A stretch of 64,000 nucleotides of DNA from Eledone cirrhosa (taxonomy: Eukaryota): NCBI GenBank assembly GCA_964016885.1, contig OZ024751.1:23436001-23500000 (forward strand), in the 5' to 3' direction. A model generated the notes under the pieces. It ran no database searches, had not been told where the DNA came from, and saw nothing but the letters and a program-made list of their open reading frames with translations. Shown here one piece after another: positions 39,173-53,910 of this stretch; the first letter of the stretch is position 1, and each line of letters begins with the position of its first letter. A program made the position numbers and the translations under genes.

Positions 39173-39418
39173 TATATATAAATATATGTATCTATACCCA
39201 TATATATAGGAAAAGAGTCAGGTCCCCGACGGCTGAGCTCCGGCCGTTTCGGCAGCCAGATCCAATCTAGTTCGGATCTAGCTGTCAGAACCGTCGGAGC
39301 TCAGCCATCGGGTTCCTGACTCTTTTCCTATTACCCAATCTACTACCCTAAGTATCGAGTACTCTGGTGCGTTATGGTCCACCTGGTTCCTTACCACACT
39401 TTCTTTGTACACACACAC

Positions 39419-39450
<32 letters not shown>

Positions 39451-40190
39451 GCATACATATGTGTATACATATATATATACACTTACACAAATACACTTAC
39501 GCACACACACACACACTTACACATACACACACACACTCACACACACACATACAAACATATATATAGATATATTATATAGAGAGGCAAATCGAAAGAAATG
39601 AGAAAGATATATATATAGAAGAAAAGCCAACGTTTGGTGTGGTATGTTATTTACCGATCTCGAATGCATGAGATGATCTCAGCGCGAATTAAACTCAGGG
39701 CACACACTCACAAAAAAACGAAACAAATACAGCTGAGCATACTATCCAACATTCTAATTATCTTACCACTTCAACACTTATTAAAATCTCTTTCATGCAG
39801 AAAAAACACATCCAAACTACCTCAGACAAGTAGGTTATGATACTTGAAAATGACTTCATGAAATGATCTAGAAAAAATATTCAACATTAGGTCAAGATCT
39901 CGAAATTATATTACTATTCGATTATAAAACGGTTAATGACAAATAAAAATTCAAATAACTGAAGCATAAAATTGTAATTATGGTAGAAATACAAACTTAG
40001 AAATTAATTTAGCACCATTCACAACCTAATTACATATCATTTTTCAAAAAAAGTTGTAATTTCGTAAACACTTCATATTTACAGAGCGTGATGTAATCGA
40101 TATCAAACTAATTTTCTATCAATTTCAATACTTCGATTAATTAATTAAACGTAGCATGATGATGATAATCATAATAATAATAATGATAAT

Positions 40191-40331
40191 TCTTCTTCTT
40201 CTTCTTCTTCTTCTTCTTCTTCTTCTTCTTCTTCTTCTTCTTCTTCTTCTTCTTCTTCTTCTTCTTCTTCTTCTTCTTCTTCTTCTTCTTCTTCTTCTTC
40301 TTCTTCTTCTTCTTCTTCTTCTTCTTCTTCT
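40191..40331. repeat. Pure (CTT/AAG)n tract of ~46 units at the Dong-like LINE tail
   Basis: Direct reading. Confidence 0.97.
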
Positions 40332-40350
40332 CCTTATTATTATTATTATT

Positions 40351-41032
40351 GTTCTTTGAGTCTCAGTCATTGATGTTGGTTAACTGGAAAGTTTGTTGAA
40401 ATGAATATCAAGCCACTACCTGCAGCCTCAGATATTCAGGACGTATCGGAGGGTTCTTGCTGTTCCCAGCAAGCATGCCTTTTGAAGCGTTCCAAAAAGC
40501 GTGAAGGGGCCAATTTTCTTTAACCATCCCTGGAAACTTTTTGAGATAGTTCCTAGTGCGCCTATGACAATCGGGATCACTTTGACTTCATGGCAGTTCC
40601 AAATCCTTTTTACTTCCCACTTTAAGTCCTGGTATCGGTTAATTTTCTCCCTCTCCTTCTCTTGCACTCTCGTGTCGAATGGGCAGGCCACATCCACAAT
40701 CAGGCACGATCTTTTTTCTTTGTCCACAACCACCAGGTCAGGTCTATTGTGTTCCAGTTTCTTGTCCGTCTGTATCCTAAAATCCCACAGCACCTTCACC
40801 CGATCGTTTCTATCACCACCTCTGGCTTATGCTCATACCACTTCTCAGAATGTGGTAAATTGTTTACTTTGCATAGGTGCCAATGGATCACCCTGCCCAT
40901 CACATCATGTCTCCAGCCCTTATAGTGAGTCTGGGCTAGGTGTTTACACTCGGATACAATGTGAGCCACAGTCTCCTCTCTCTCTCCACAGATCCTGCAC
41001 AGTGGGCTAGCCTCCTCCTTGTAAATATGGTG

Positions 41033-41035
<3 letters not shown>
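40351..41035 (-). pseudogene. Second 5'-truncated copy of the R4/Dong-like LINE, in (AAT)n
   Basis: Highly similar to 5597-6262: CRICGEREETVAHIVSEC, RPDLVVVDKEKRSCLIVDVACP. Confidence 0.93.
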
Positions 41036-41089
<54 letters not shown>

Positions 41090-41118
41090 GTTATTATTAT
41101 TATAATATATATATATAA

Positions 41119-41312
41119 GGGCGGTGGATTGGGAGTATTGGTAGAGGGTCGGACGCCATACTTTGCAGCATAGAGTTACGGCCTTTGCCATTCTGAGTTC
41201 AAATCCCGCCAAGGTTAACTTTGCCTTTCATCCTTACGAGTTCGATAAAATAAAGTGCCAGTAATGCACTGGCTAATTGCTGGTCTTGTGCCCAACGTAG
41301 AAACAATTATTG
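41119..41312 (+). mobile_element. Meta-domain-type tRNA SINE
   Basis: Near consensus. Confidence 0.92.
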
Positions 41313-41814
41313 TTATTATTATTATTACTGCGGCTAAGTTTTTGCTCAAATTACACTCTGTGTGTTTCCCCTAGTTTCCTGTGTTCAACATGGCCGACTT
41401 AATCGTTTGTTGACACCAAATGATTAACTTTCAATGAACAAATGACTAATGAGTTATGCTAAATAAATATTTTAATTGAGAATTAATTTAATTAAAAGTT
41501 CATTATGTTTGCAATTCTGAGAGACAATATAGATATTAGTTACCATAATTAATATTTGTATATCTTGCAAATAATAAATTTAGAAACTTCAATGATAATG
41601 GAGTCATGGACAAAGCCGACAGCTTGGGAGGTGGTGGTAGTGGTGGTGGGGTTGGGGATTGGGGGGTTGACAGGGGGAATTCGATTAAATCGACTCCAGT
41701 TTGTTACTGGTACTTTATTTTATAAAACAAATATAGATTACGAAACAAGGAAACAAAAATAATATTTTCGACGACAGAAGATTTCATGAGTGTTTAAACA
41801 ATACTAATAGTAAA

Positions 41815-42415
41815 TTCTGTGGGGAAGGGGAAGTCAATTAAATTGACCCCGGTGCATTACTGGTACTTTATTCTATCGACCCCGTAAGGATAAAAGGGAA
41901 AGCTAATCTCGGCGGGATTTGAACTCAGAAGGTAAAGCGACGCAACTCTATGCCACGAAGCATTTTGCCTGACACTCTACCGATACTGCCAATCCATCCC
42001 TCGTTTAATAATCGTTTCTACTTTTGGCACAAGGCCAGCAATTTCCCCAGTGCATTACTGGTACTTTATTTTATCGACCCCTGTAAGGATGAAAGGCAAA
42101 GTTAACCTCGGAGGGATTTGAACTCAGAACATAAAGGGCCATAACTCTATGTCAGTAAGCATGTTGTTCGACGCTCTATCGATTCTGCCAATCAATACTG
42201 GTTTCTGATTTAGACGCTAGGCCAACAATTTTGGGCTACGAGAAGATCGATTATATTGACACCAGTGCATTACTGGTACTTTAGTTTATCGACCGTGTAA
42301 GGATGAAAGGGAAAATTGACCTCCACGGGATTTGAACTCAGAACTTAAAGAGACATAACTACATTGCGCAAAGCATTTTGCCAGGACTCTACCAATTCTA
42401 ACAAATCCGCCACCA
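41815..42415 (-). mobile_element. Head-to-tail array of three Meta-domain-type SINEs
   Basis: Three gcattactggtacttta..gggatttgaactcagaa units. Confidence 0.88.
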
Positions 42416-42690
42416 ATATATCATATTAACAAAACAACCACTGTAATTACAGGAATAACCGTTATGGACATTATCGACCAAAACACTGCTGCTGCTGCTA
42501 TTGATGATGACGACGACGACGATGATGATGATGATGATGATGCTAGCAATAATTTAAACATTTTACACAAATATGTATAAAATAAAAGAGCTTGGAAGGG
42601 AAACCATGCCAAAATAACTGTATATATACATACACAGATAGCAACGCGCATACAAACACACATATACACAGACGCACACTCACATTCACA

Positions 42691-42728
42691 GATATATATA
42701 TATATATATATACACACTCACACACAGA

Positions 42729-42784
<56 letters not shown>

Positions 42785-43190
42785 AATTCTTCGTATAAAA
42801 CTTGGCAAATCATATCTAGACAGATTTGACTTATATGAATCGGTCAGCGAATTTCGGTCATCTGGTGTCCAGTCTCGAGAGAAATATCATACTAAATGAA
42901 CTGACGTATATTAGTAAAACTGTCAGACATCACTCGTTGGTGATTGGTGAATATTCAAACCAGAAGGATTTCGATAATATATCCCCCATGTCTTTAGAAA
43001 CTGCCAGAAACCTTTCATGTCTTCCTATATATTTCAACACAATTTTTACCATAACATAGTTGACATATGTTGGATCTACGTCAATTACGACGATGTGTTT
43101 TCCAGCTCCTGAAGTTAACACATAAGTCATATATAGAGAGAGAGACGTATACCCATCACAGATATATATATATACACACTCACACACAGA

Positions 43191-43250
<60 letters not shown>

Positions 43251-43622
43251 AATTCTTCGTATAAAACTTGGCAAATCATATCTAGACAGATTTGACTTAT
43301 ATGAATCGGTCAGCGAATTTCGGTCATCTGGTGTCCAGTCTCGAGAGAAATATCATACTAAATGAACTGACGTATATTAGTAAAACTGTCAGACATCACT
43401 CGTTGGTGATTGGTGAATATTCAAACCAGAAGGATTTCGATAATATATCCCCCATGTCTTTAGAAACTGCCAGAAACCTTTCATGTCTTCCTATATATTT
43501 CAACACAATTTTTACCATAACATAGTTGACATATGTTGGATCTACGTCAATTACGACGATGTGTTTTCCAGCTCCTGAAGTTAACACATAAGTCATATAT
43601 AGAGAGAGAGACGTATACCCAT
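42691..43622. repeat. Tandem duplication with 466-bp period including a (CA)n(TA)n block
   Basis: Identical ORFs at 42826 and 43292. Confidence 0.92.
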
Positions 43623-44263
43623 AACATACTTTAACGTAATTCTCTGGAAGATTTAACGCGGCAAAATGTGTAACAAGTCTGGTTCATTTGATTCACAGTT
43701 ACAACTCATTTTCTCAAGCTCAGAAGTGTAGAGCAACGTGAAATGGTGTCATGCTCATGGACACAATATAACACCAGGAATCAAATTCACGACTTTACGA
43801 TCACAAGACCAATGCTTTAACCATGATGCCATAGGCCTTCACACATGTCATTTTAAATTAGAATGTCTTTTCGTTGTATATTCTTTGATTTATATAAGCA
43901 TCATCTAAGTTTTTATTTGATTTTAATATTGATCTGAAATTGATATTGTGCCTTCTAAATTCTGAAAGGAAACGGGGAAAAAATGAAAAGAATTTGGCAA
44001 CTTCCCATTTCAGAGAACGTTTCGATGAATTGGCAGCGTTTTTACGGTTTGAATCTCTACCAATTTCTACCAATTTCAAAGCGCGGCGTTTTTCCAAATA
44101 AAAGGTGACAGGATTACTAGGTTATATCGAATGGCTTCTTATGATATCGGTCACGAGGTTGGCCAACTATAAATCAGAGCTAGTAGTACTGATTAACAGC
44201 TAAATAAAATTCACATATCTAGTCAAATATATTTTATATATACAGTATACACACACACACACG

Positions 44264-44387
<124 letters not shown>

Positions 44388-44394
44388 TACACAC

Positions 44395-44444
<50 letters not shown>

Positions 44445-44563
44445 ATAATATTAAATGTGAAGACTAAAATCCGAAGAGGGATCGATAAGTTTAATATATA
44501 TATATATATATATAAATATAGATAAAAACCGTTGAGCAAATATTTATTAAAATGACAGATTAA

Positions 44564-44663
44564 AGTTTAAGCAAAGACTCGCTGCTTTCACCCTTAACGG
44601 GATCTTCTGAAACTGTTTCAGAAGATCCCGTTAAGGGTGAAAGCACCGATTCTTTGCTTAAAC
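44564..44663. ncRNA. Two back-to-back family D (CAGAAGA) HHR motifs on opposite strands (44564-44614 -, 44615-44663 +); same arrangement at 47955-48061
   Basis: ...cttctgaaac t gtttcagaag... palindromic junction. Confidence 0.75.
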
Positions 44664-44875
44664 TTTAATCTGTTATTTTAATATATATATATATATATTG
44701 TGCTATTTATTTACCACGCTAAAAATTCTAATTTAGTCCAGAAATAGCCGTCGAAATGGCTTGAGCTCTGCCATCGGGGGTCATACATTTTCCTATATAT
44801 ATATATATATATAAGAAAACATATTAAAAATAAACATTATATATAAGTTGAATCTAGCTTATGTATATATATATA

Positions 44876-45200
44876 TTGTTATACTTTGGGAGGGTCATGT
44901 TGCCAATAAAAACACACGCACCTGTTAGTTTTCACTTCAATTTATTATAAATTTCCGGTTCGTTGGTTCGTTCGATAACCGGAAGGTTGTTAATATATTG
45001 TGAAAGCTCTTTCGTCACACATTCTGTGATCTCTTCAGTGACTAGGTTTTTATTTCATGTGTCTCTCCTTTGTTCTGTCCTACACCATCTTGTTTTTGTG
45101 TGTTGTCATTGGAAACATGACCCTCCCAACGTATAGCAATATCTGTTTTAACACACGTTTTCAGATAAGAAACCTCGCCAAAAAAATTCAAAAACAAATT
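44876..45200. mobile_element. Family M head-to-head PLE 3' fragments with HHR-like motif at 45000-45042 (-)
   Basis: rc: gtca CTGAAGA g atcaca gaatg tgtgac GAAA gagc TT tcac; stem I imperfect. Confidence 0.7.
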
Positions 45201-45215
45201 ATATATATATTAAAG

Positions 45216-45338
45216 GAACGATCGACTTTCGTCAAATCGGACCGAGGGAACAATGTTTCCGTTGGTCTTTCCAATTGCTAATACTATCTATCGGTCGCAA
45301 CTCCGGGTAGAAGGAGCAACGTGAATTAAAGTGTCTTG
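45216..45338 (-). mobile_element. 3' part of CORE-type SINE
   Basis: Nearly identical to 11714-11835. Confidence 0.88.
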
Positions 45339-45502
45339 CAATAATTATATCTCATAAAATAATACAACTGGTTTTTCCACATTATACATATTGTTAGCAC
45401 CCCAAACACTTAAATTGGGTTTATATTTTAATATAACCTAATGTTTGTTGAGTGAGATGGTTACCAGTCAGAGTTTAGCTTTAAACTATCTCTGTTATTG
45501 TA

Positions 45503-45533
<31 letters not shown>

Positions 45534-47889
45534 ATCACTAGACTATTTCAAAATATATTTGATATTTATAAAAGAATACATGCGAATGTTTGATAAATAA
45601 AAGGATTATTATATTATGCAGATACAAACGATATTGTTTTGTATGAAATTTATATATAATAAGAACACGTGGTAATGAGAAAATTGAATTAACTATCAGA
45701 GAAAATATACTGAAATGAATTGATGCGTCACTGATATTACTTGAGGAATTCTCTATAAATGTTATTGTCATTTAGGAGCAAACGTAATTGCGTCTTTTTA
45801 CTGATATCATTGATTTTAGTTTTATCAACGTATATCATCTTTTATTCTGCAAACATTTTTTGGGGGGAGGAAGGGGCGTAGATGAAACTGCCTTTCTCTC
45901 AAGTTTTCCCTGGTTTCTGTATTTCTCTTTCTGGCATATTGTTATTTCATAATATATATTGTCATTGTCCGCTTCGTATATTTTTGTGACAACTCTATAT
46001 ATATTGTAAATAAAACATATTAAAATTTGATAAACTTATTGTTAAAATATAGCTTCCATTCGTGCTATATATTATGTATGTAATCTCATACATACTACTT
46101 GTCATTAATGTATGTTGGAAGACTTACAAATTGAAGTTTAAATCGAAAAAGAATGATTTTAATTGCTTCTTATACATTTTTAATAAATAACCACTTGAAA
46201 TATAAGTATTGAAAGTATCACACACACACACTCACACACACACACACACATATATATATACACACACAGACACACACACAATCATAATATATATATATAT
46301 AATGCTCCTCGAAAGATTGTTTTCTTTTGTGACATTGAAAAGCAAAATTTTGCTATACAGCAAAATATAAAGAGAATGGTTTAGTCGAGTGATTTAAACT
46401 TTACTCATATTTTATCTATTTGATTTTAAATATATTTAAGTAAATAGCAGGAAATATATGATAATTGAGGAGGTTTTAAATCGAAAAGATATTCACTGAC
46501 GCAAGAGGCAAGTAACATCGGGACACATTAATGTTGTCTCCAAATCAATTTAGATTTATTTTATATATTCGAACGCAACACACTGGCTATGATTTTAACA
46601 ATACGACTATCAATTTCATCTTTAAGCTGGTGGTTTTACATTATCGGGAGAGCGTCGGACAAAAGGATTTGTGGTATTTAATTACGATTTTCTACATTCT
46701 GTGGTCAAATCCCGCGGAGATCACCTTTTCCTTTCATCCATCCGAGTTCGATAAAATATGGTACCAGTCAAATACTGAGGATTGATGTAATCGATTTGCA
46801 TTCTCTCAAAAATGTTCCAAATTTAGAAATCATTTCTTCAAGCGGATTTGAGGGTGACGGATTAGCAGTGTTGTTAGGACGTAGGACAATACGATTTGCG
46901 ATATTTGATTCGGCTTTTTAGGTTCGTATCCTGCCGAGGTCGTCTTCGGTTTTCTGCCTCCTGGGGTCGATAAAAAAATACACTCCTCGAACATTTAATC
47001 AGCTTTTCCTTCACCGAAATTACTGCCCTTGGGCCTAAATTAGAAATCATTATTAGGCTGGTGTTAGGTTAGTTACTTTTAAAAGGCCCTTACTTACTAT
47101 TATGATGGGAGGATTTTATATAAATATAACTCTTTAAAATACACAGTTTTGTACCACAGAACCAGATGCGGCATTCAAGTAGTTTTGCATGAAAAAAAAA
47201 GTTAAATATGCTTAATGTTGAGTACATATGTAAAGCAGCTAGGAATTTAGTATATAGTTTCACTACATTAATCATAATGGAGATTACAACTTTACGTTAC
47301 GTCTAGCTAGTTGGATGTTACGGCCGTGAATATCTTTTCCTTTTAAAACCTTCTCGTTTACCAAATATTTCCTGCTATTTATCTAAAAGGTTATTGTACA
47401 AGGTGCTTCCTACGTTTTTCTACACTCTGTATTGCTATGGCGCCCCAGGAAAGTCTATCACGACATTTACTTCCTTGGATTTTTCCTGTGTATCAGGTTT
47501 TAACTGAGTTGGTCAATATGAATAGTTCATTAAGTTCTTCAGGTAATTCTGGTAGAATTTCTGGTTGGAACAAGTAAATGTCAAATATCCTCTATTCAAT
47601 ACATTTCAATTTTTTTTCCTATTTTTTAAAAGAGAGCAGCGATACACTAACATTTAAATTTCTTTCTCAAATAATCACTACCCTGGATACCCTCCCCTCA
47701 TTTTCCACGGCGCAGACATAGTCACGTGTTTACGAATTCCGTTTGATAACCACGTGATTCTAAGTTCGATGCTATTTCAAAGAAATCTTTGGCAAATATC
47801 CTCTTCTAAATCTCTGATTGATCTTTGCCTACTCAGTGTAATCTGGTAGATGGAAACTGCGGGAAAGCACTACTCACACATACACACAC

Positions 47890-47943
<54 letters not shown>

Positions 47944-48180
47944 TAACAGATTAAAGTTTAAGCAAAGAATCGCTGCTTTCACCCTTAACGGGATCTTCTG
48001 AAACTAACACAGTTTCAGAAGATCCCGTTAAGGGTGAAAGCACCGATTCTTTGCTTACACTTTAATCTGTTATTTTAATAAATATTTGCTCTACGGTTCT
48101 TATATGTTTGATATATATTTATCCTTATCGAGCCCTCCTTGGATTTTAGTCTTCAAATTTATTATTACTATATATATATA

Positions 48181-48533
48181 GTTAAATCTTAGACAGGAAC
48201 AAAAACAGAGAGGCAGTACAAATAGTGGTTTGTTAGGTTCACGCTTTTGAGAGTGGGCTGGGTGGTGGGGTGGTGGTGGAGAACGACGTTTCGGGCATAA
48301 GCCCTTCATCAGGAGAAAAGTGGGTAGGAAGACAGTTTCGAGGGTGTGTGGGGGAGTGGTGGAAAGACATTTAAAACGGAGGGGAGGGGAGGAAAAGCGA
48401 TTTTTTAATAAAAATAGAAATTGGTGGAAAAGTGTGAGGCGTGTAGGGGTGGTAGCGGGTGTAGTTGGGAGAGGGAGGCGGGGGATCCGAGCGGGGAGGG
48501 CTGAAGGTGGTGTTTGTGTATGTGTGTAGGTGT

Positions 48534-48594
<61 letters not shown>

Positions 48595-48927
48595 TGAGAG
48601 TTGGGGGAAGAACGAGGTTCCATGTTCAAGTAAAGGGGAACCGGTGTGTACATGTGGTGGGGTGTAAGTCGGTGTGTGCGTGCGTGCGTGTGGATGGAGA
48701 AAGGCAGGGGGCGGGGGAGGAGGGGCGTGTGGATTCCGGAGGCTGAGTGTGTGTATGTGGGGATACGCACGTGTGTGTTCGTGTTTATACCTGGTGTGGA
48801 TGTAGGTGGCGTGCTTCGAAAAAGAAATGTGAGTGTCTGTTCGTGGGTGTGTTCCTAAAGTAGTTCCGTGGAGTGTGCGGTGAGATGTTGGATATTTCTC
48901 ATGTTAAAGAGTGGATAGCTGGAACGA

Positions 48928-48930
<3 letters not shown>
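48181..48930 (-). mobile_element. Degenerate PLE 3' end (family N) with minimal HHR core at 48284-48313
   Basis: rc: CTGATGA a gggc ttat gccc GAAA cg TC; weak upstream translation EQTLTFLF...PGINT resembles a GIY-YIG C-terminus; related tails at 30580-30680 and 53785-53868. Confidence 0.6.
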
Positions 48931-48971
<41 letters not shown>

Positions 48972-49052
48972 TCATTTATATATTTATATATATTTATATA
49001 TATACAGTATATTTATGTGGCTTTTAGTTGTATGTGCTTGTTCCATTTAATC

Positions 49053-49145
49053 TCATCTCTCGCCGAGGAAAGCTGACGGATTATCTGTTACAAACACAAT
49101 TTTCAGGGCGAAACAGATTAAATCTCTAATCTGTCCGAGAGATGA
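49053..49145 (+). ncRNA. Type I hammerhead-like ribozyme with U4C core (family O)
   Basis: tcatctctcg CCGAGGA aag ctga...tcag ggc GAAA cagatta aatctc taatctg TC cgagagatga; 10-bp stem I, 7-bp stem III. Confidence 0.78.
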
Positions 49146-49287
49146 AATAGTTATTGAGACGGTCTGTATATATATTCTACATCTTCCGTTTGCTTCAGGT
49201 TAAATTTAACAAACCAATGTGTTATTTCTACCCTCGTAATTTTAGACACACAATTTACTGTGTTTATTTCTACATAGATTATTATAT

Positions 49288-49478
49288 AGTTGTTTCTACT
49301 TTAGGCACAAGGCCAACAATTATCACAGTGTATTACTGGTACTTTATTTTATCGACCCCGTAAGGATGAAAGGCAAAGTTAACCTCGACGGGATTTGAAC
49401 TCAGACCATAAAGGGCCGTAACTCTTTGCTGCAAAGCATGGCGTCCGACCCTCTACCGATACTGTCAATACACCGCCC
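49288..49478 (-). mobile_element. Meta-domain-type tRNA SINE
   Basis: Near consensus. Confidence 0.92.
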
Positions 49479-50778
49479 TTTATTATAAAATGCTCAGTAT
49501 TTATACTTTGAGCTTGTTAATTTCAGGGTATCAATATGAGTTAGTAACTCTGTATTTTATTTGTATTTTATTTATATTTATATATATAAATAAATATATA
49601 TTCATATATGTGAATCTATGTATGTGGGTATGTGTACATAAGTTTGTGAGTGCTTATGTGTACATCTGTGTCTGTAGTATATGTTTATGTCTAACTGTAA
49701 AAACCAACCTCGTGTAAAAAACAGCGATTCGATAAAATATATATCGACAATTAACTACCAAACTAAAATAAATACTGGTGTCGCTATTGTCGAGTAAAAC
49801 TCTTGAGAGTGATGTTTAACTATGGCTACAGTCCAATTACTGAAACCAGTAAGAGAGTAAATAAACATGTAAACATATATGTATACAATACATACATAAA
49901 TATTATTGTCTTGGAATAACTCGCAAAATTTATGAGCTTGGATAAGTTTCTTTTCCATTGGGAAAAGTAGATACTGACGTTCTATGGCTGACCTTTTGTT
50001 TGAGATGTATTGTTTTTAATGTGTAAACATATATCGTATCAAAATATTACGAACTAAACTTTCTAAAATCTCTGACTTAATGATATGGCATTTGTCTTAG
50101 ACACACGATTCTAATAATAATAGTAAAATATCACGCTGTTCGTGTTTTAACTCCCTCCTCTGAACATCCATTATTTTCTAAGGTTAAAATGTCAAATGGT
50201 ACCCAGTGATATATCAATATAAAATGTACAGACATCAAACCAACCCAGAGTTTTATTTGATTTTGGTGATATTTGCCCTTAAAAGTATCATTATTGATAA
50301 CAATTTTCATTGTCAGCCATCACATTATGTTCTCTTAACAATATTTTAAAGTATTTAAAGACAGTGAATTGGTGGAATCATTAGAGTGTCGGATAAGATG
50401 CTTTCCTGTATTGTGCCGGGTCATTACGTTTTGATTTCATATTTCACCAAGGTCAAACCGTGAAATACTGGGGTCTATTTATCTGACTTACCCTTCCCTG
50501 AATTCTTGGCTTTGTGCATTAGTTAGAAACAATATTTTAAGGTAATTCTGAACTACAGGGGTCAATTAAACTGACCTCCCCTTCCCTTTGGCCTTACCCT
50601 TTAATTTAAATTATTATATTAAAATATTTCATGTACTGGGTCAACTTAACCGAATTTCTTCCCCCTGTTAAACCTTGTACCATAATTAGAAACAATATTT
50701 AAAGTAACTTTCAAGCACTGGAGTTGATTTAACTGACTTTTACACTCCCATTTGGCCTTGTGCCTAAATTAGAAGCAA

Positions 50779-50965
50779 TTGGATTGGCAGTATCGGTAGA
50801 GGGTCGGACGCCATGATTTCCAGCATAGTTACGTCCCTTTACGATCTGAGTTCAAATCCCGCCGAGGTTGACTTTGCCTTTCATCCTTACGGGGTCGATA
50901 AAATAAAGTACCAGTAATGAACTGGGTAATTGCTGGCCCTGTGCCTAAAGTATAAACAAATATTA
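50779..50965 (+). mobile_element. Meta-domain-type tRNA SINE preceded by degenerate tandem SINE tails (50360-50778)
   Basis: Near consensus; repeated ctggggtcaat..ttagaaacaat segments upstream. Confidence 0.88.
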
Positions 50966-51585
50966 TAAAGAAAAATTCAACACTGAAATTCGGAAGCTTG
51001 TTTGGTTCTATAAAAGGAAAGATTACATGATATCCGGTTGATATCTTCAACAAATGTGACAGACGATTTAATAGCTTGAGGTAATAAACTAATTTTCATC
51101 TTTTAACCAGCTTTCAATAGCATTGTCATTCTTCGTTGCATATTTGCCAACACTTTTGATCACGACAGATCACTTTAGCAACAGGCATCCACTTGGATAA
51201 CAATATATCATAGAGTAATTGATGACAAACAAAGAACAAATAATTTTCGAACAATCTATTTTGATATGTATTTTTTTTCAATCTCTCTCTAAGGTTCCCT
51301 TTGTATCTTGACGAAGGTAGGCAAGACAGATCGAACGTCTATCTTAGTTTATGATTAATTGCCTGATAAATTTGCTTCTTTTTGTTGTCGTTATTTTTTG
51401 TTCCGGAGGCATGTTTAAATATATTTTTGAATGGCTGGTAATAACAATATCGGAGGAAATTTAATAAAGAAAGCTACTTCTTAATTACCGAGAATATTTT
51501 AATTACCTCCTTGCAAAATTCTGAAGTGAACATGAATACACACACACACACGCACGCACTCACGCACGCACGCACACGCACACAC

Positions 51586-51682
<97 letters not shown>

Positions 51683-51760
51683 ACACACACCACACACACC
51701 ACACACACATAAACATAACTATTTGTGTGTAAATATATAAGAAAAAATTCAAACAAATAA

Positions 51761-51792
<32 letters not shown>

Positions 51793-51843
51793 TTACACAC
51801 ATATTTATATACATATATGCATATATACATGCATACACACACA

Positions 51844-51891
<48 letters not shown>

Positions 51892-51960
51892 CAGACACGC
51901 AAACACACACACACACACACACACGTACGCACACACAGGCACACACACACACACACACAC

Positions 51961-52002
<42 letters not shown>

Positions 52003-52283
52003 GAATAATATATCGTTAAGATCTGCCACAAAAGAAACACCTCATTACAACATTTCATATTTTCTTAATAAACAATTTATACATTATACATAATTATATT
52101 TTACTAAAAATTGTGTTCTACTGAATGAAACGAAACAAATTAATTCTTAAATCCAAATAAACTTAGATTCTTATGAGCTCTTGCACGTTTATATATCTTG
52201 GGGCTTCAAACAATGTCTTTAGAAAATATTTTGAGGAGATCTATAGAATATTTTTACCACCTGGTTATGAAGTTAATTACAAA

Positions 52284-52460
52284 ATAATTGTTTCTATTTT
52301 TAGGCACAAGGCCAGCAAATAACCAGTACATTACTGGTACTTTATTTTATCGACCCCGTAAGGATGAAAGGCAAAGTTAACCTCGGCGGGATTTGAACTC
52401 AGATCATAAAGGGACGTAACTCAAAGCATGGTGTCCGACTCTCTACCGATACTGCCAATT
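52284..52460 (-). mobile_element. Meta-domain-type tRNA SINE
   Basis: Near consensus. Confidence 0.9.
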
Positions 52461-52850
52461 ACAAAATAATGTAGGAGGAAAGAAGCTCTGTATAAACACA
52501 TCATTGACTCTTCCAATTATATCTTTCTTTATCTCTCATTTTCTCTCATTTTCACTCTCTCCGTTTTTCTCCTCTGCCCTTCTCATTATTATTTTATCCC
52601 TTCCCCCTCTCTATCTCTTAGAATTCTTTTTTGAAGTATTTTCAATGAGCCTATCTATATATACGATCATCTCAAAATTTCTTACAGCGAAACAAAAATG
52701 TCTTAATATATTTCAGGGAATGTCTTTGTTAGTGTGTTTTAAAAAAAAGTTCAATTTTAAGAATATTTGAATTCGCGTTTGAACCCATTGCATGTCATTT
52801 TGGTCAACTCTCCTCTACCTATCCCTACTCCTAAATCCACATCCTGGACA

Positions 52851-52915
52851 TAACCCTTAACCCTAACCCTAACCCTAACCCTAACCCTAACCCTAACCCT
52901 AACCTCTAACCATAA
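52851..52915. repeat. Interstitial (TAACCC)n telomere-type repeat
   Basis: About 8 near-perfect units plus degenerate flanks. Confidence 0.9.
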
Positions 52916-53557
52916 CCTTAAATATAACTCCAATCCCACATCCTCACCCTAGACATATTCTTTACCTATGACCCGAACGCTAAATCTAAAACTCCTAACT
53001 TTTCATCTAACCCCTTAAAACGATCCAAACGATAAGAGTAAAAGACTGGTAGACGGAAAATCTGTGAAAGTCCATCAAATGTCATGTCCTTGGTTTAAAT
53101 CAACACGCAGGTTCCTTTAATGAAGTTGATTCTGTTGCAAACATATAGGTCAAGTTTCCATGGGTAAGTTTTGGGCTCATTGAAAATGGCCGTGGCCCCC
53201 ACTTCTGAGAGAGGGCTAACATAATCTGTGTATGTATAAATATGTACTTGTCGAAACACTTAATTCATAGATCAACCATGTAAATTATTAAACAGTGTAT
53301 GGTATATATGTAGAAATGGGTGTCATTATATTCACACACACACATATATATATATCTTATTTCTCATTCTTTCTTCTGATGAAGGAGTAGCGTCCAAAAC
53401 GTTAAGCCCCTCTTCCTGCTATATCAAGCGTTAACCTAATATATCCCTTCCATATACTGTACCGATTGTGTTGTTATTTCAGTTTCCCTTTTACATGCAT
53501 ATATATATATATATATATATATATGGCAAGTAAGTATGTTTTGAAACAGTATATATA

Positions 53558-53638
<81 letters not shown>

Positions 53639-53863
53639 TAAAATAACAGAAACAGATGAAAGTTTAAGCAAAGAATTGCTGCTTTCACCCTTAACGGGAT
53701 CTTCTAATCCTTATCGAGCCCTCTTTGGATTTTAGTCTTCAAATTTATTATTATTATTAATATACACATATATATATATATATCTCACCGGCCCCCTCTC
53801 AAGAGCGTGAAACTAATACACCTTTGTTCGTACTGCCTCTCTGTTTTGTTCCCGTTCCATTTT

Positions 53864-53910
<47 letters not shown>

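Noticed and set aside
40137-40370. Poly-Arg / poly-Leu ORFs
   Set aside because: Translation of the (AAG)n tract
49776-49850. Possible small host exon on the minus strand (ttttcag-like acceptor, NWTVAIVKHHSQEFYSTIATP)
   Set aside because: Weak donor site, no recognisable homology and no partner exons identified
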